Part shown: in pieces, positions 11,035 to 23,746 of the stretch
Numbering within the stretch: the stretch's first letter is position 1
Layout: the number at the start of each line of letters is the position of its first letter
Assembly (NCBI GenBank): GCA_009692825.1
Contig: SHYL01000001.1
Coordinates: forward strand, 2,866 to 66,865
Direction of reading: 5' to 3'
DNA: 64,000 nucleotides
Source: Dehalococcoidia bacterium
GTDB lineage: Bacteria > Chloroflexota > Dehalococcoidia > SHYB01 > SHYL01
Notes under the pieces: model-generated
Seen by the model: only the letters and a program-made list of their open reading frames with translations
Database searches by the model: none
What the model was told of the DNA's origin: nothing
Position numbers and translations under genes: made by a program

Positions 11035-11589
11035 TTAAAAAACTTCTTTCTTCTCGGTGTTTTTGGCGTTACCGGTGCCAACTTTAACTATTGCGGGCCT
11101 AAGCACCTGGTCTCCCAGCATATACCCTTTTTGAAACTCAGCCAATACCTTGCCATCCTCACCATCGCCGTGCATCACTGCTTCGTGTAGGGCCGGGTTA
11201 AAATCCTGCCCCACCGTCTTTATAGGCTTGACGCCGTACGATTCAAAAAGAGCCTGCAGCTTACGCTGTACAAGACGCAAGCCGTCTATCCATGTAAGCC
11301 CTGCGAGCTTAGTATCGACAGACTCAAGCGCTCGCTCCAAATCATCGAGGATGGGCAGGAGTTGAAAAATAATCATGGCGCTGGCGGTTTTCTGACCCTC
11401 AGCTTTTTCCTGCTCTGTGCGACGTTTATAGTTAATAAAGTCAGCCTGAGAGCGCTGCCAGTTAGCAAGATAGCCTTGTGCCCTGTTTTTCTCTTCTTCG
11501 AGTGCGACTCTTAACTCGTCAGCGTCCCGGGGAGAAATACCACGACTTTCCGTATTTTGTGACTCTTCGTTACTCACGTTATCCTTCAA
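11035..11589 (-). CDS. grpE: nucleotide exchange factor GrpE
   Basis: Coiled-coil N-terminus plus GrpE C-terminal domain. The start overlaps the hrcA stop. Confidence 0.9.
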   Translation of the reverse strand: MKDNVSNEESQNTESRGISPRDADELRVALEEEKNRAQGYLANWQRSQADFINYKRRTEQEKAEGQKTASAMIIFQLLPILDDLERALESVDTKLAGLTWIDGLRLVQRKLQALFESYGVKPIKTVGQDFNPALHEAVMHGDGEDGKVLAEFQKGYMLGDQVLRPAIVKVGTGNAKNTEKKEVF

Positions 11590-12605
11590 ACCCTGCCGCC
11601 GTATTGCTCGGCAAGAAGATCATTCATAACCAATGATACCGAACGTATGAGAGCTATGGAGCGGCCATACTGCATCCTCGTTGGTCCGATGATGCCAATC
11701 ATACCTGTGACTTCGTCAGCAACACCATAGCGGGCTGTCACCAAACTACAGGGCCTCAGCGGGTCGCTGTGTAAATCATCTCCAATCAAAACCTGCGACC
11801 CGGATTTCAGCGCACCGGCGAGCACCAAAGCAATGCCTATAGAATCTTCGAGGGCACCAACAACCCCGGAGGCCGTCTGACCGGTAAATTCAGGCTGCGC
11901 AAGCAGATACTTTACGCCCGCGACATGCAAATCAAAACGCGTCGCCTCTTCCCCGTTCATTATAGATAGGAGGGCATCGATGATGGAGGTTTCAGTAGGG
12001 CTCAAAGATACGTGCTGAAATCTTATCTGAAACTGATTCTTTCCAGAAAAGAGCCCATTAAGTCTGCTGGCAACGAACGTCATCTGATCCTGAGAAATAG
12101 TCGAGTGAAATTTTACCGTGACCGTCTTAATCCGGCGCTCAGGAAGCACCAGCACTAAGAGTGCATCTGTGGAATTTACTTTTACCAGGTCAAAATGAAC
12201 CAGTCGCTGTTTCTCAGATACAGGATATGTAATGACAACAACATTCTGCACCAAGTCTGCGAGACATTGGCCAGCTGTTTTAACAAACTTTTCAATATCC
12301 CTGACGCTGGGCCTGAGCTTTTTCAATATGAGTTCTCTATCAGAAGCAGGAGGCTCTTTCGCAGTTTGGTCCAGAGACGCAACATGTCTGCGATAGCCAT
12401 TATTGGACGGCACTCCACCGGCAGAGATGTGGGGCCTAACGATATAGCCTTCTTCCTCAAGATCTGCCATATCATTGCGTATCGTTGCGGAGCTTACTTC
12501 TTTAAGCAGATGCGATGCTATCTGTTTCGAGCCAACTGGTTGAACCGTCGAAACGTATTCGCCCACGATTATGTTAAGAATGTCGACTTCGCGTTCGGTA
12601 ATCAT
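11586..12605 (-). CDS. hrcA: heat-inducible transcription repressor HrcA
   Basis: N-terminal winged helix (LTERE..IL..IV..Y..PVGSK), 339 aa, directly upstream of grpE. Confidence 0.9.
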   Translation of the reverse strand: MITEREVDILNIIVGEYVSTVQPVGSKQIASHLLKEVSSATIRNDMADLEEEGYIVRPHISAGGVPSNNGYRRHVASLDQTAKEPPASDRELILKKLRPSVRDIEKFVKTAGQCLADLVQNVVVITYPVSEKQRLVHFDLVKVNSTDALLVLVLPERRIKTVTVKFHSTISQDQMTFVASRLNGLFSGKNQFQIRFQHVSLSPTETSIIDALLSIMNGEEATRFDLHVAGVKYLLAQPEFTGQTASGVVGALEDSIGIALVLAGALKSGSQVLIGDDLHSDPLRPCSLVTARYGVADEVTGMIGIIGPTRMQYGRSIALIRSVSLVMNDLLAEQYGGRV

Positions 12606-12857
12606 AGGAGAGCCCTCTACAGATATTATATTTGCTAGAAGTTCAGTTCAGCACAACAAGAAAACCGTTCAATGAACTTCTACGTAAACTTCATATAAGA
12701 GCCGCAGAGTTATACTTAGAGCCTATCAAATGGATTACCAACTCTTACGGACGAGCAATTAGTAGCCTTGGATAACCAGTCAGATAAACAGGCCCAGGTA
12801 GCCAGAAGCCCACAGGTGTTCGGGGTAGAGTTCTAACTCCTTAAACGTCTCTGATTA

Positions 12858-13175
12858 TCACAAACCAAAAGTAACGATGTTGATTTCCGGGTACATCTCT
12901 ATGGTTGGACGCACCCCCCGCGGAGCATTAGCAGTAGGTGCCGGTTGCTGCTGCCGTCGAGTTCTAATAAGGTTCAGGTGGGTATCCAGAGCAGCTTTGT
13001 CTTTCCAGCGTTCCACCATGACAAATCTGTCGGAGTCTTCTACGTCACGGAAGAGCGAGTATTGCTCACAGCCTGGCTCTTTTCGAACGTTAGCAAGATT
13101 GCTCGCAACTCTCTTAGCATGCTCCTCGCCTTTGCCTTTTTCCGCCGTTGTGGTTACTATAAGCCTTATAGGCAT
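12858..13175 (-). CDS. antibiotic-biosynthesis-monooxygenase (ABM) domain protein
   Basis: About 105 aa from MPIRLIV..., with a ferredoxin-like ABM fold signature. Confidence 0.55.
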   Translation of the reverse strand: MPIRLIVTTTAEKGKGEEHAKRVASNLANVRKEPGCEQYSLFRDVEDSDRFVMVERWKDKAALDTHLNLIRTRRQQQPAPTANAPRGVRPTIEMYPEINIVTFGL

Positions 13176-13363
13176 TCGCCCTCCATTGAGTCCAGCCTTA
13201 TTTCTTCGCCAGTATAACAAGGTCTCGTTCAGTGTTAGAGCTATTGGCCCTAGCTAAGACACGGGATTTATGAATTTATAATCCATGCTTGCCAACACGT
13301 CTGTGCTACAATGTGTCGGTAAAACATAGGGTAGGCTAAGAAGAAAGCCTTGGGAGATTTAGT

Positions 13364-13627
13364 TTGGACAAGGTCACAATTTCTGAGGTAGTTAAGGGTA
13401 GTCAATTGAAGGAAGGCGACACGGGTTCGCCCGAAGTACAGGTTGCTCTTCTTACAGGACGCATCAACGAGTTGACTGAACATCTGAGAATTCACAGACA
13501 TGACCATGATTCACGACGGGGATTGCTCGGCCTGGTAGGTCAGAGAAGAAGAATCCTCGCATATCTCAATAAAAAAGATGTAGGCCGTTACGGCGCTACC
13601 GTGAAAAAGCTGGGGCTGAGGAGATAA
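13364..13627 (+). CDS. rpsO: 30S ribosomal protein S15
   Basis: 87-aa S15 sequence, immediately upstream of pnp. Confidence 0.95.
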   Translation: MDKVTISEVVKGSQLKEGDTGSPEVQVALLTGRINELTEHLRIHRHDHDSRRGLLGLVGQRRRILAYLNKKDVGRYGATVKKLGLRR

Positions 13628-13740
13628 TCTCCAATACCCAGCACAAGCTCTTCCTCTCTTCAGGCGCTTCCACATGCCCCCTCTTTTACACAGAATTCAC
13701 AAGATTAAGCTATTTTTAGCCTGAAGGAGCAATTGCTTTA

Positions 13741-16041
13741 ATGGAATCAAAGATTTCGCAGTGTGAGGTTGGCGGCCAGATACTAACTATTGAGAGCGGG
13801 AAGCTCGCCGGTCTGGCCAACGGTTCAGTTACAGTTCATTACGGGGAGACGGTACTCCTGGTGGCGGTATGCGCCTCCAGGGAGCCGCGCGAAGGCGTGG
13901 ACTTTATGCCGTTAACAGTCGATTTTGAAGAGCGGCTGTATTCAGTAGGCAAGATACCGGGCAGCTTCTTCCGCCGCGAGGGACGCCCAGGCACTGAGGG
14001 AATTCTGGCAGGCAGACTTTCAGACCGCCCACTCAGACCTCTCTTCCCCAAGAATTACCACAACGACGTACAGATCACAATCACAGTCCTTTCCGCAGAC
14101 AAGGTCAACGATCCAGATATCCTGGGCATCATTGGCGCATCGGCCGCGCTGACGATATCAGACGTTCCCTTTCTGGGCCCTGTAGGCGCAGTAAGAGTCG
14201 GCTATATCGATAAGCAGCTGGTCATAAACCCAGCGATGGCTGACCTCGAGAAGAGTGAACTCGAGCTCGTAGTAGCCGGAACCAGAGACGCGGTGATGAT
14301 GATAGAGGCGGGCGCCAAAGAAGTGAGCGAATCACTGTTGGTGGAAGCACTGAAGTTCGGCCACGACCAAATCAAGAAGATCGTCGATATACAGACGCAG
14401 CTGGCAAGCCAGATCGGCAAGCCAAAGATGAAGGTTGCCGAGGACAGCGCAGAAGATAAGGCGCTCCACGCGGCAGTACAGTCAGAAATCACGTCCGACA
14501 AGCTCGCACAGGTGCTGGATATCCCAGGCAAAGAAGAGAGAGAAGAAAAGGTATCTTCAATCCTCTCCGACCTGAACGCAAAGCTAGGAACAACATATAA
14601 GAAAGATAAGATTGCCGCCGCTTTCGATGAAATCCACGGAAACGCTGTACGCAGGCTGATCATGGAAGGCAAGCGACCAGACGGCAGAAGCTGGAAAGAG
14701 ATACGGCCAATCTCATGCGAGGTCGGAATACTGCCCAGGACGCACGGCTCAGCGCTGTTCAACAGAGGCGTTACGCAGGTGCTCAATGTCACCACACTCG
14801 GTTCAATGAGCATGAAGCAGACGATAGACAGCATCGGTCTAGAAGAGAGCAAGCGCTACATGCACCATTACAACTTCCCGGCATTTTCGACCGGTGAAGT
14901 GAAGCGCGGCGGCTCGCCAGGCAGACGTGAAATCGGACACGGCGCTCTTGCTGAAAGGGCTCTCGTCCCGGTTATTCCGTCTGAAGAGGATTTCCCATAC
15001 ACCATAAGACTCGTATCCGAAGTCTTAAGCTCCAACGGCAGCACATCTATGGCAAGCGTATGCTCAAGCTCAATGTCACTGATGGACGCAGGCGTACCGA
15101 TCAAAGCGCCGGTCGCTGGTATAGCGATGGGACTCATCCTCAGCGAAGACGGCCATAGCCACGCGATACTAACAGACATCCAGGGCATCGAAGACCACAT
15201 GGGCGACATGGACTTCAAGGTTGCCGGCACACGCGAGGGCGTAACGGCGCTGCAGCTGGATATTAAGACAACCGGAATAAACATCAACGTCATGGACCAA
15301 GCGCTGGCCCAGGCCAAGGAGGCCAGGCTGTTCATCCTGGACAAGATGGCCGCGGCGATCGCAACGACCAGACCTGTAATGAGCCCATACGCTCCCCGCA
15401 TCACAAAACTAAGCGTGAACCCGGAGAAGATAGGCACCATCATCGGACCTGGCGGCAAAACGATACGCTCAATCATCGAGTCCACCGGCACCACGATCGA
15501 TGTGCAGAACGACGGCACGGTCCTTATCGGCGCCACGAGCGGCGAAGCGGCCCTGAGGGCAGTCGCCATAATCGAAGGCCTAACGAAGGAAGCGAAGATC
15601 GGCGAAGTGTACACCGGCAGAGTTACCAGGATCATGAACTTCGGAGCGTTCGTTGAGATACTTCCCGGCAAAGAAGGCATGGTCCACATCAGCGAGCTTG
15701 CCGACCACAGAATCGACACAGTTGAAGACGCTGTACATATCGGCGACGAGCTGAAGGTCAAGGTCATTGAGGTCGACCGAATGGGTCGTGTCAATCTATC
15801 GCACCGTGCAACACTCGAGGGCAGCAACGGCGGAGGCTCTGCACCCGCAGGCGGCGACAGAGGGCGCAGCGGTGACAGACGTGAGTCACGCGAACCTCGC
15901 GAGCCCCGTGAACCAAGAGAGCCTGTAAACCAGGCGTCACAAGATGAAGACCCAGAGGGCGGCGAACGAAGGCCGTCAGGCAAAGGGATCATCGGCCCAG
16001 GCACCGGCGGCAGGCCTCCTTTCAGAGACAGACGCAGGTAA
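13741..16041 (+). CDS. pnp: polynucleotide phosphorylase, with Gly/Arg/Glu/Pro-rich C-terminal tail
   Basis: Two RNase PH domains, KH and S1 domains, then a low-complexity tail (RESREPREPREPREP...). Confidence 0.95.
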   Translation: MESKISQCEVGGQILTIESGKLAGLANGSVTVHYGETVLLVAVCASREPREGVDFMPLTVDFEERLYSVGKIPGSFFRREGRPGTEGILAGRLSDRPLRPLFPKNYHNDVQITITVLSADKVNDPDILGIIGASAALTISDVPFLGPVGAVRVGYIDKQLVINPAMADLEKSELELVVAGTRDAVMMIEAGAKEVSESLLVEALKFGHDQIKKIVDIQTQLASQIGKPKMKVAEDSAEDKALHAAVQSEITSDKLAQVLDIPGKEEREEKVSSILSDLNAKLGTTYKKDKIAAAFDEIHGNAVRRLIMEGKRPDGRSWKEIRPISCEVGILPRTHGSALFNRGVTQVLNVTTLGSMSMKQTIDSIGLEESKRYMHHYNFPAFSTGEVKRGGSPGRREIGHGALAERALVPVIPSEEDFPYTIRLVSEVLSSNGSTSMASVCSSSMSLMDAGVPIKAPVAGIAMGLILSEDGHSHAILTDIQGIEDHMGDMDFKVAGTREGVTALQLDIKTTGININVMDQALAQAKEARLFILDKMAAAIATTRPVMSPYAPRITKLSVNPEKIGTIIGPGGKTIRSIIESTGTTIDVQNDGTVLIGATSGEAALRAVAIIEGLTKEAKIGEVYTGRVTRIMNFGAFVEILPGKEGMVHISELADHRIDTVEDAVHIGDELKVKVIEVDRMGRVNLSHRATLEGSNGGGSAPAGGDRGRSGDRRESREPREPREPREPVNQASQDEDPEGGERRPSGKGIIGPGTGGRPPFRDRRR

Positions 16042-16062
16042 TAATTACCGGAAATTTATAAA

Positions 16063-16093
16063 AGAGGCCCTGCTCTAAGCGGGGCCTCTTTAT
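16063..16093 (+). terminator. hairpin (agaggccc/gggcctct) downstream of pnp
   Basis: Inverted repeat followed by a short T-rich stretch. Confidence 0.4.
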
Positions 16094-16188
16094 CCGCTAA
16101 TATATCGGTGCATGTTTTTAGCGCTGTTTCCTTTCTTTACAAACGACCATCGTTCTCAGATTTTTAATCAAATTAGAGGGTTATTGCC

Positions 16189-16983
16189 ATGCCACCTATT
16201 AAAGTCTTGATACACGGAGCCGCAGGGAAAATGGGAAGGGAGATAGCGCTGGGGCTGTCTAAAGACCCGGAGCTTGAAATTGTAGGGGGCGTGGACATGA
16301 AGCCCGGCGTTCAAGGCGTACCGCTTGCCAGCGGGAAAGTTGCGCGGTACGGGACCGACCTTTCCGCAATGCTATCTAATACTAAGCCGCTTGTCATGGT
16401 GGATTTCTCGAGCGTTGAAGGTTCGAGGGCAGCTGTCGAAAAAGCGACGAATGCCGGTGTAAATTTTGTCATCGGGACAACAGGCCTCAGCTCACAAGAG
16501 ATAACCAGCTTCGCCCGCATGTGCGACGCTAACCGTGTTGGCGGAGTGATAGCGGCCAATTTCTCGATGGGCGCCGTGCTTATGATTCACCTGGCAAAGA
16601 TAGCGGCCCCTTATTTCGATTATGCGGAAATCATCGAACTCCACCACGAAGAAAAGGCGGACGCGCCTTCAGGCACATCCATAGCTACTGCACAGGCAAT
16701 ATCCGCAAGCCGGAACAAGCCGATGAAGCGCAACGTACCGACGAAGGAAACCATACGCGGCGCGAGGTCTGCCCACGAGGGCGGCGTCACTATCCACAGC
16801 GTGCGATTGCCAGGACTTGTGGCCCACCAAGAGGTCATATTCGGCGGCGTTGGCCAAACATTATCCATTCGCCATGACACGATAAACCGCGAGTGCTATA
16901 TTCCAGGCGTAGCTTTAGCTGTGAAGTATGTGGCAAAGCGCAAGGGGCTGACGCAGGGGCTCGACAAGATCATGGGGCTGTAA
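16189..16983 (+). CDS. dapB: 4-hydroxy-tetrahydrodipicolinate reductase
   Basis: N-terminal Rossmann GAAGKMG and the EL/IHHxxKxDxPSGTA motif. Confidence 0.9.
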   Translation: MPPIKVLIHGAAGKMGREIALGLSKDPELEIVGGVDMKPGVQGVPLASGKVARYGTDLSAMLSNTKPLVMVDFSSVEGSRAAVEKATNAGVNFVIGTTGLSSQEITSFARMCDANRVGGVIAANFSMGAVLMIHLAKIAAPYFDYAEIIELHHEEKADAPSGTSIATAQAISASRNKPMKRNVPTKETIRGARSAHEGGVTIHSVRLPGLVAHQEVIFGGVGQTLSIRHDTINRECYIPGVALAVKYVAKRKGLTQGLDKIMGL

Positions 16984-17039
16984 ACAAAGAAAAGCCCCGC
17001 TCATTTCTAAGCAGGGCTTCAAATTCTCTAGGCTTATCT

Positions 17040-17825
17040 TTACTGCACCACGAACGTTCGCTTTTCGTCGTTGATCATGACCGTGTAGGTTTTGCCTTTT
17101 TCAAAGTCGCTGCCAAGCTGCACGCTCGTATCTACGTACCCATAAATCGTCGTACAGGCCATATTTACACTGGGTATAGTATTCCAGACCGAGATCGTGA
17201 TAATCTCACCGTCACGCTTAACGTCATAGCTATAGAACTTAGCGCATCCGCTGGGCAATCCTGAGGTAATTACCACCGAATACTGAGGTGGCAATGACTT
17301 AGCAATCGCTATCTCAGCCTTGTCGATCGGCGCTTTTACACGAGTGGTTGGAAATGTGGTAGCGGTTGGTTTTGGTGTGCCCGGAACAGTCGTGGTTAGC
17401 GTAGGCGTCATGTCACTGCTTACAAGCGCATCTTTGTGCACACGGACCTTCAGGACGTAGTCCTTCTTTGGCACTGCTCGGCCAGCTTTCGGATAAGGGT
17501 TCACGCTGAAGTTAACCTTGTATCCGCGGATCTTCTCCGTTTTGTCATCGGAAGCACCATCGGTAAGAGTATGAGTGGTCGCTTTATCTGAATCCTTGAA
17601 GATGATGTACGCTTTTGCTTCGCCCGCCCAAACGCAGGTTACACCGATAGCGCAGCGACTCTCATCGAACTCGAGGAATTTAATCTGCGGGCCGTTTGAA
17701 ATGGACACGTCATGTCCATAGGGAATTTCGACCCATTCGCCAAATTCTGCTTTCGCCTCTGTGGTACATGCGACTGCGGCCAAGGTAAATAACACCAGGA
17801 TCGCTACAAAGAAAGATTTAATCAT
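17040..17825 (-). CDS. hypothetical exported/lipoprotein
   Basis: Signal peptide with a lipobox-like AVAC, then a Thr/Pro-rich stretch. Confidence 0.5.
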   Translation of the reverse strand: MIKSFFVAILVLFTLAAVACTTEAKAEFGEWVEIPYGHDVSISNGPQIKFLEFDESRCAIGVTCVWAGEAKAYIIFKDSDKATTHTLTDGASDDKTEKIRGYKVNFSVNPYPKAGRAVPKKDYVLKVRVHKDALVSSDMTPTLTTTVPGTPKPTATTFPTTRVKAPIDKAEIAIAKSLPPQYSVVITSGLPSGCAKFYSYDVKRDGEIITISVWNTIPSVNMACTTIYGYVDTSVQLGSDFEKGKTYTVMINDEKRTFVVQ

Positions 17826-18219
17826 TTATCACCTTCATGTTTAAAAAACATCTTGAGCCTTCTAACGTCAGGTTTCAAATCCTTGAAGGCTATACACTTG
17901 GTTTACATGCCATGGCATATAAACCACACACGAGGATAACTGGCGGGCACCGTCGGCAGTCTAATAGGGTTTACCGGAGCCATAATTTTAGGCTTGATTA
18001 GGCTATGGAACGATGATTCGCCATTTTCGACGGAGATGGTGCTGGCTAACGTCGCATTCTCTTTATCGTTTTGCTCTCCATACCCGATGGCGCTTCCGGC
18101 ATCTAGCATGCACGCCCCAGGGTATCGCGGCGGACTCCTGGCTACATCAGCCATCCCTGCGCTATTATCAGGATTTACGGCGCTATCAGGCATTTCGCTT
18201 ATCTTAATTACCAGCCGCA

Positions 18220-18504
18220 ATGATTATCTTCGCCAGTACAGTCATGAGCGTATCTAATGTGAGCTTTCGGCGGATAATCTCATCATTTTCTATAGGAGTG
18301 CTTGCGATAATTCTTCTTGGCCTGGGCTTTTTCGCACTTTTCGGCATCGAGGCGAACGTTGAAGGATGCTACAATACCGCCACTACAAGCACATGCTTTA
18401 GCGATGTAATCACAAGTCGAGAGGCACTTATGAGTCTAGCAATAACACTGGTGGGCATGAGTGTTATCTTAGGAACATACCTGGTTCAAAAGCGGAAGCA
18501 ATAG
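18220..18504 (+). CDS. possible small membrane protein (2 TM)
   Basis: Two hydrophobic helices. The ORF ends 14 nt before the next gene. It overlaps alternative ORFs, so it is uncertain. Confidence 0.25.
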   Translation: MIIFASTVMSVSNVSFRRIISSFSIGVLAIILLGLGFFALFGIEANVEGCYNTATTSTCFSDVITSREALMSLAITLVGMSVILGTYLVQKRKQ

Positions 18505-18574
18505 TTCCCTCGGAAACTTGCATTCAGAACCCAAACCATTTTTAATAGAGCAATCTGAAAATACGGAGAACGAA

Positions 18575-19267
18575 ATGCCTGAAGCGATTGAGACAAAGCT
18601 AATCACCACACCGAGCGGCGAAAGCATGGGATACCTTGCGCGGCCCACGAGCGCGGGCAAGCACCCGGCCATAGTCATACAGCACGGCGCTTTCGGCATG
18701 AACGACGATATCAAAGACATCGCGGAACGTTACGCCAGATTCGGGTTCGCAGCGATGGCGGTGGACATGTATCACGGCAAGCTGCTACCTACGCTAGAGG
18801 AAGGCCGAGCATTCGCGGCCACGATACCTGAGGAGGAGAAGTTCCACAGGATAAACGCCGTGGCGGACTGGCTAACAAGCCAGGACTTCGCGAGCGGACC
18901 GCAATTCGGAATTACCGGGTTTTGCATGGGCGGCGGACTGGTGCTTTCGATAGCAGCGCGCAATCCAAACGTCCGCGCGTGCGCACCATTCTATCCGGTA
19001 GTGCGCGAGGATATGCAGATGCTGGCCAGCAAAATCAAGGCGCCGGTGCTCGAGTTCCACGGAAGCGATGAGACTGAGCTGGCGCAGAAAATGCAGGACA
19101 CAATGAAGAATCATGGGCGTGACTTCGAAGTACACGTTTACGAAGGCGCACGCCATGGATTTTTCAATCGCGGCCAGTACCACCACGTAGGCGCCTACGA
19201 TGCATGGGCGAGAGTAATACCGTTCTTCAAGAAGCACCTCCTGAGGACAACCGCAGGCGCGCGATAA
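18575..19267 (+). CDS. dienelactone hydrolase family protein
   Basis: GFCMGG nucleophile elbow and an alpha/beta hydrolase layout. The start is chosen at the ATG preceded by GGAGA. Confidence 0.8.
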   Translation: MPEAIETKLITTPSGESMGYLARPTSAGKHPAIVIQHGAFGMNDDIKDIAERYARFGFAAMAVDMYHGKLLPTLEEGRAFAATIPEEEKFHRINAVADWLTSQDFASGPQFGITGFCMGGGLVLSIAARNPNVRACAPFYPVVREDMQMLASKIKAPVLEFHGSDETELAQKMQDTMKNHGRDFEVHVYEGARHGFFNRGQYHHVGAYDAWARVIPFFKKHLLRTTAGAR

Positions 19268-19276
19268 CGCTTTCAA

Positions 19277-20104
19277 TTGAAACTACTACTTTTAGCTCTT
19301 TCAGCGACCCTGATCCTGGCACCTGGTTGCGATAGCGAGATGCCTGAACCAACGGCTACGCCAGCGACAGATACAGCGGCAACCGCGACTCCAATACTTA
19401 CGCCCGTGCCAACCGCAACATTAATCCCAACCGTTGCGCCTTCGCCAACGCCAAACACGATAGTCGCAGCATTCGCAAAATTCGAAAGCGGCGTAACGGT
19501 TAAATTCGAAGGCGAGTTTGCGGTGATATCCAGCAATGCGGTTCCTAACCACTCAAGCCCATATTTCTTCAAAACAGACGCCCGTTACCAGCAGTACAAC
19601 GGCACAAATCCGTCGTACGCACAAAATCCCAACGTGATTTACGCGCAAACGCTTGTATTCAGGATACCGTTGAAGCCTGAAAAGGCAACCGCCAGCCAGC
19701 CAACACCGCTGGGCCCGATAGGCATATCTATAAACGGCGTGCCCTTCTTCAATGAGTACGCAGGCACAAACAGACCGCTGGCGTTCGAGATAAATTCGTT
19801 CGACCAGTACAACGGCCACCCTCAGATGTTCGGCATGTATCACTATCACGTCGAGCCGTTATACCTAACCGCGATATGCGGGCGAGACGCGCTGTTGGGC
19901 TACTTGCTTGACGGTTTCCCTGTCTATGGGCCGATGGAAGGCGGTAAACTGGTCACCAACGCGGACCTGGATGCGAACCACGGCCACACTCACGCAACAG
20001 CAGAGTACCCAGGCGGGATATACCACTACCACGTGACGTCAGAAGCGCCGTATATAAATGGTGTGGGGTTTTACGGGAAAACTGGAAGTGTAGGGGCCAG
20101 GTGA
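19277..20104 (+). CDS. YHYH-domain lipoprotein with Pro/Thr linker
   Basis: Lipobox LAPGC. The YHYHV motif occurs twice (MYHYHVEP, IYHYHVTSE). Confidence 0.7.
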   Translation: MKLLLLALSATLILAPGCDSEMPEPTATPATDTAATATPILTPVPTATLIPTVAPSPTPNTIVAAFAKFESGVTVKFEGEFAVISSNAVPNHSSPYFFKTDARYQQYNGTNPSYAQNPNVIYAQTLVFRIPLKPEKATASQPTPLGPIGISINGVPFFNEYAGTNRPLAFEINSFDQYNGHPQMFGMYHYHVEPLYLTAICGRDALLGYLLDGFPVYGPMEGGKLVTNADLDANHGHTHATAEYPGGIYHYHVTSEAPYINGVGFYGKTGSVGAR

Positions 20105-20138
20105 TCAGGTGTCAATGACGCTCACCACAATAGTCCCA

Positions 20139-20167
20139 TTGACACTGTGGCTGGGCATCTATATACT
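20139..20167 (+). promoter_or_regulatory. sigma70-like promoter candidate (TTGACA-N17-TATACT) upstream of 23S rRNA
   Basis: Exact -35 consensus, 17-nt spacer and TATACT -10, about 200 nt upstream of the mature 23S 5' end. Confidence 0.4.
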
Positions 20168-20238
20168 CTCCTTCTGCCATTCCAATCAGGCGCAAGCCAC
20201 TTCCGAATGGCAATCAGCACATTAATAACTGAATAGGG

Positions 20239-20281
20239 TTTGTTTGTCCCAAAACGAGTCACGGGACAAACAAATTTTTTC
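20239..20281 (+). terminator. strong hairpin plus U-tract (tttgtttgtccc...gggacaaacaaa TTTTTT)
   Basis: 12-bp perfect stem and a 6-T run. It lies between the YHYH gene and the 23S gene, downstream of the promoter candidate. Confidence 0.6.
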
Positions 20282-20364
20282 TGCAAAGTAAACGCAAAGG
20301 TAAATCAATTCGAGCCGGATAAACATCGAGAGACTTTTAAGATTCCTTAAGAGTTCTTAATGTA

Positions 20365-23360
<2,996 letters not shown>

Positions 23361-23554
23361 CGTTAAGAACTCTGTTTATGAGGGAACCCAAGTTTCCTCA
23401 TCTACTTCCGCCCTTAAAAGTGGAGGAGGAGTCAAAGTTAACGTTGGTTATCTGGTTCGGAGTTGAATAAAAAATCTTCAGTTTATTTTGTAGAATCCCT
23501 ATTCAGTTATGTGCTGGTAAATACATACCGCAGACTCAAATCTGCGATAGAAAA

Positions 23555-23587
23555 ATACCGCCCCCTACAAAGGGCGGTATAATTTTC
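23555..23587 (+). terminator. rho-independent terminator after 23S (ataccgccc...gggcggtat + AATTTT)
   Basis: 9-bp stem with a T-rich tail. Confidence 0.6.
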
Positions 23588-23624
23588 CTAACGACATCCG
23601 TCGTCAGATTCAAGTTACGTTCGT

Positions 23625-23699
23625 CGCGGGGTGGAGCAGTGGCAGCTCGTCGGGCTCATAACCCGAAGGCCGTTGGTTCGAGTCCAACCCCCGCTACCA
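23625..23699 (+). tRNA. initiator tRNA-fMet (CAT)
   Basis: Cloverleaf with anticodon CAT, a 1:72 C-U mismatch, three G:C pairs closing the anticodon stem, and CCA encoded. Confidence 0.9.
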
Positions 23700-23746
23700 A
23701 ACTTCTTCTATCCGCTACAAGTAACTATCCCTTAGAATTTGTTCCT

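Noticed and set aside
12606-12860. CIRCE operator upstream of hrcA
   Set aside because: No TTAGCACTC/GAGTGCTAA half-sites were found. Only an unrelated 9-bp inverted repeat is present, reported as a finding.
14868-16004. 378-aa minus-strand ORF opposite pnp
   Set aside because: It is a Ser/Pro-rich antisense translation of the pnp gene. PNPase homology on the plus strand is unambiguous.
23361-23554. 5S rRNA expected downstream of 23S
   Set aside because: No 5S-like sequence (loop A/helix IV motifs) is present. The interval ends in the terminator hairpin.
23639-23746. The tool ORF extends the APH gene 36 codons upstream (MAARRAHNPKAVGSSPTPATK...)
   Set aside because: This stretch is the tRNA-fMet sequence read as protein. 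APH-family similarity begins only after the ATG at 23747.
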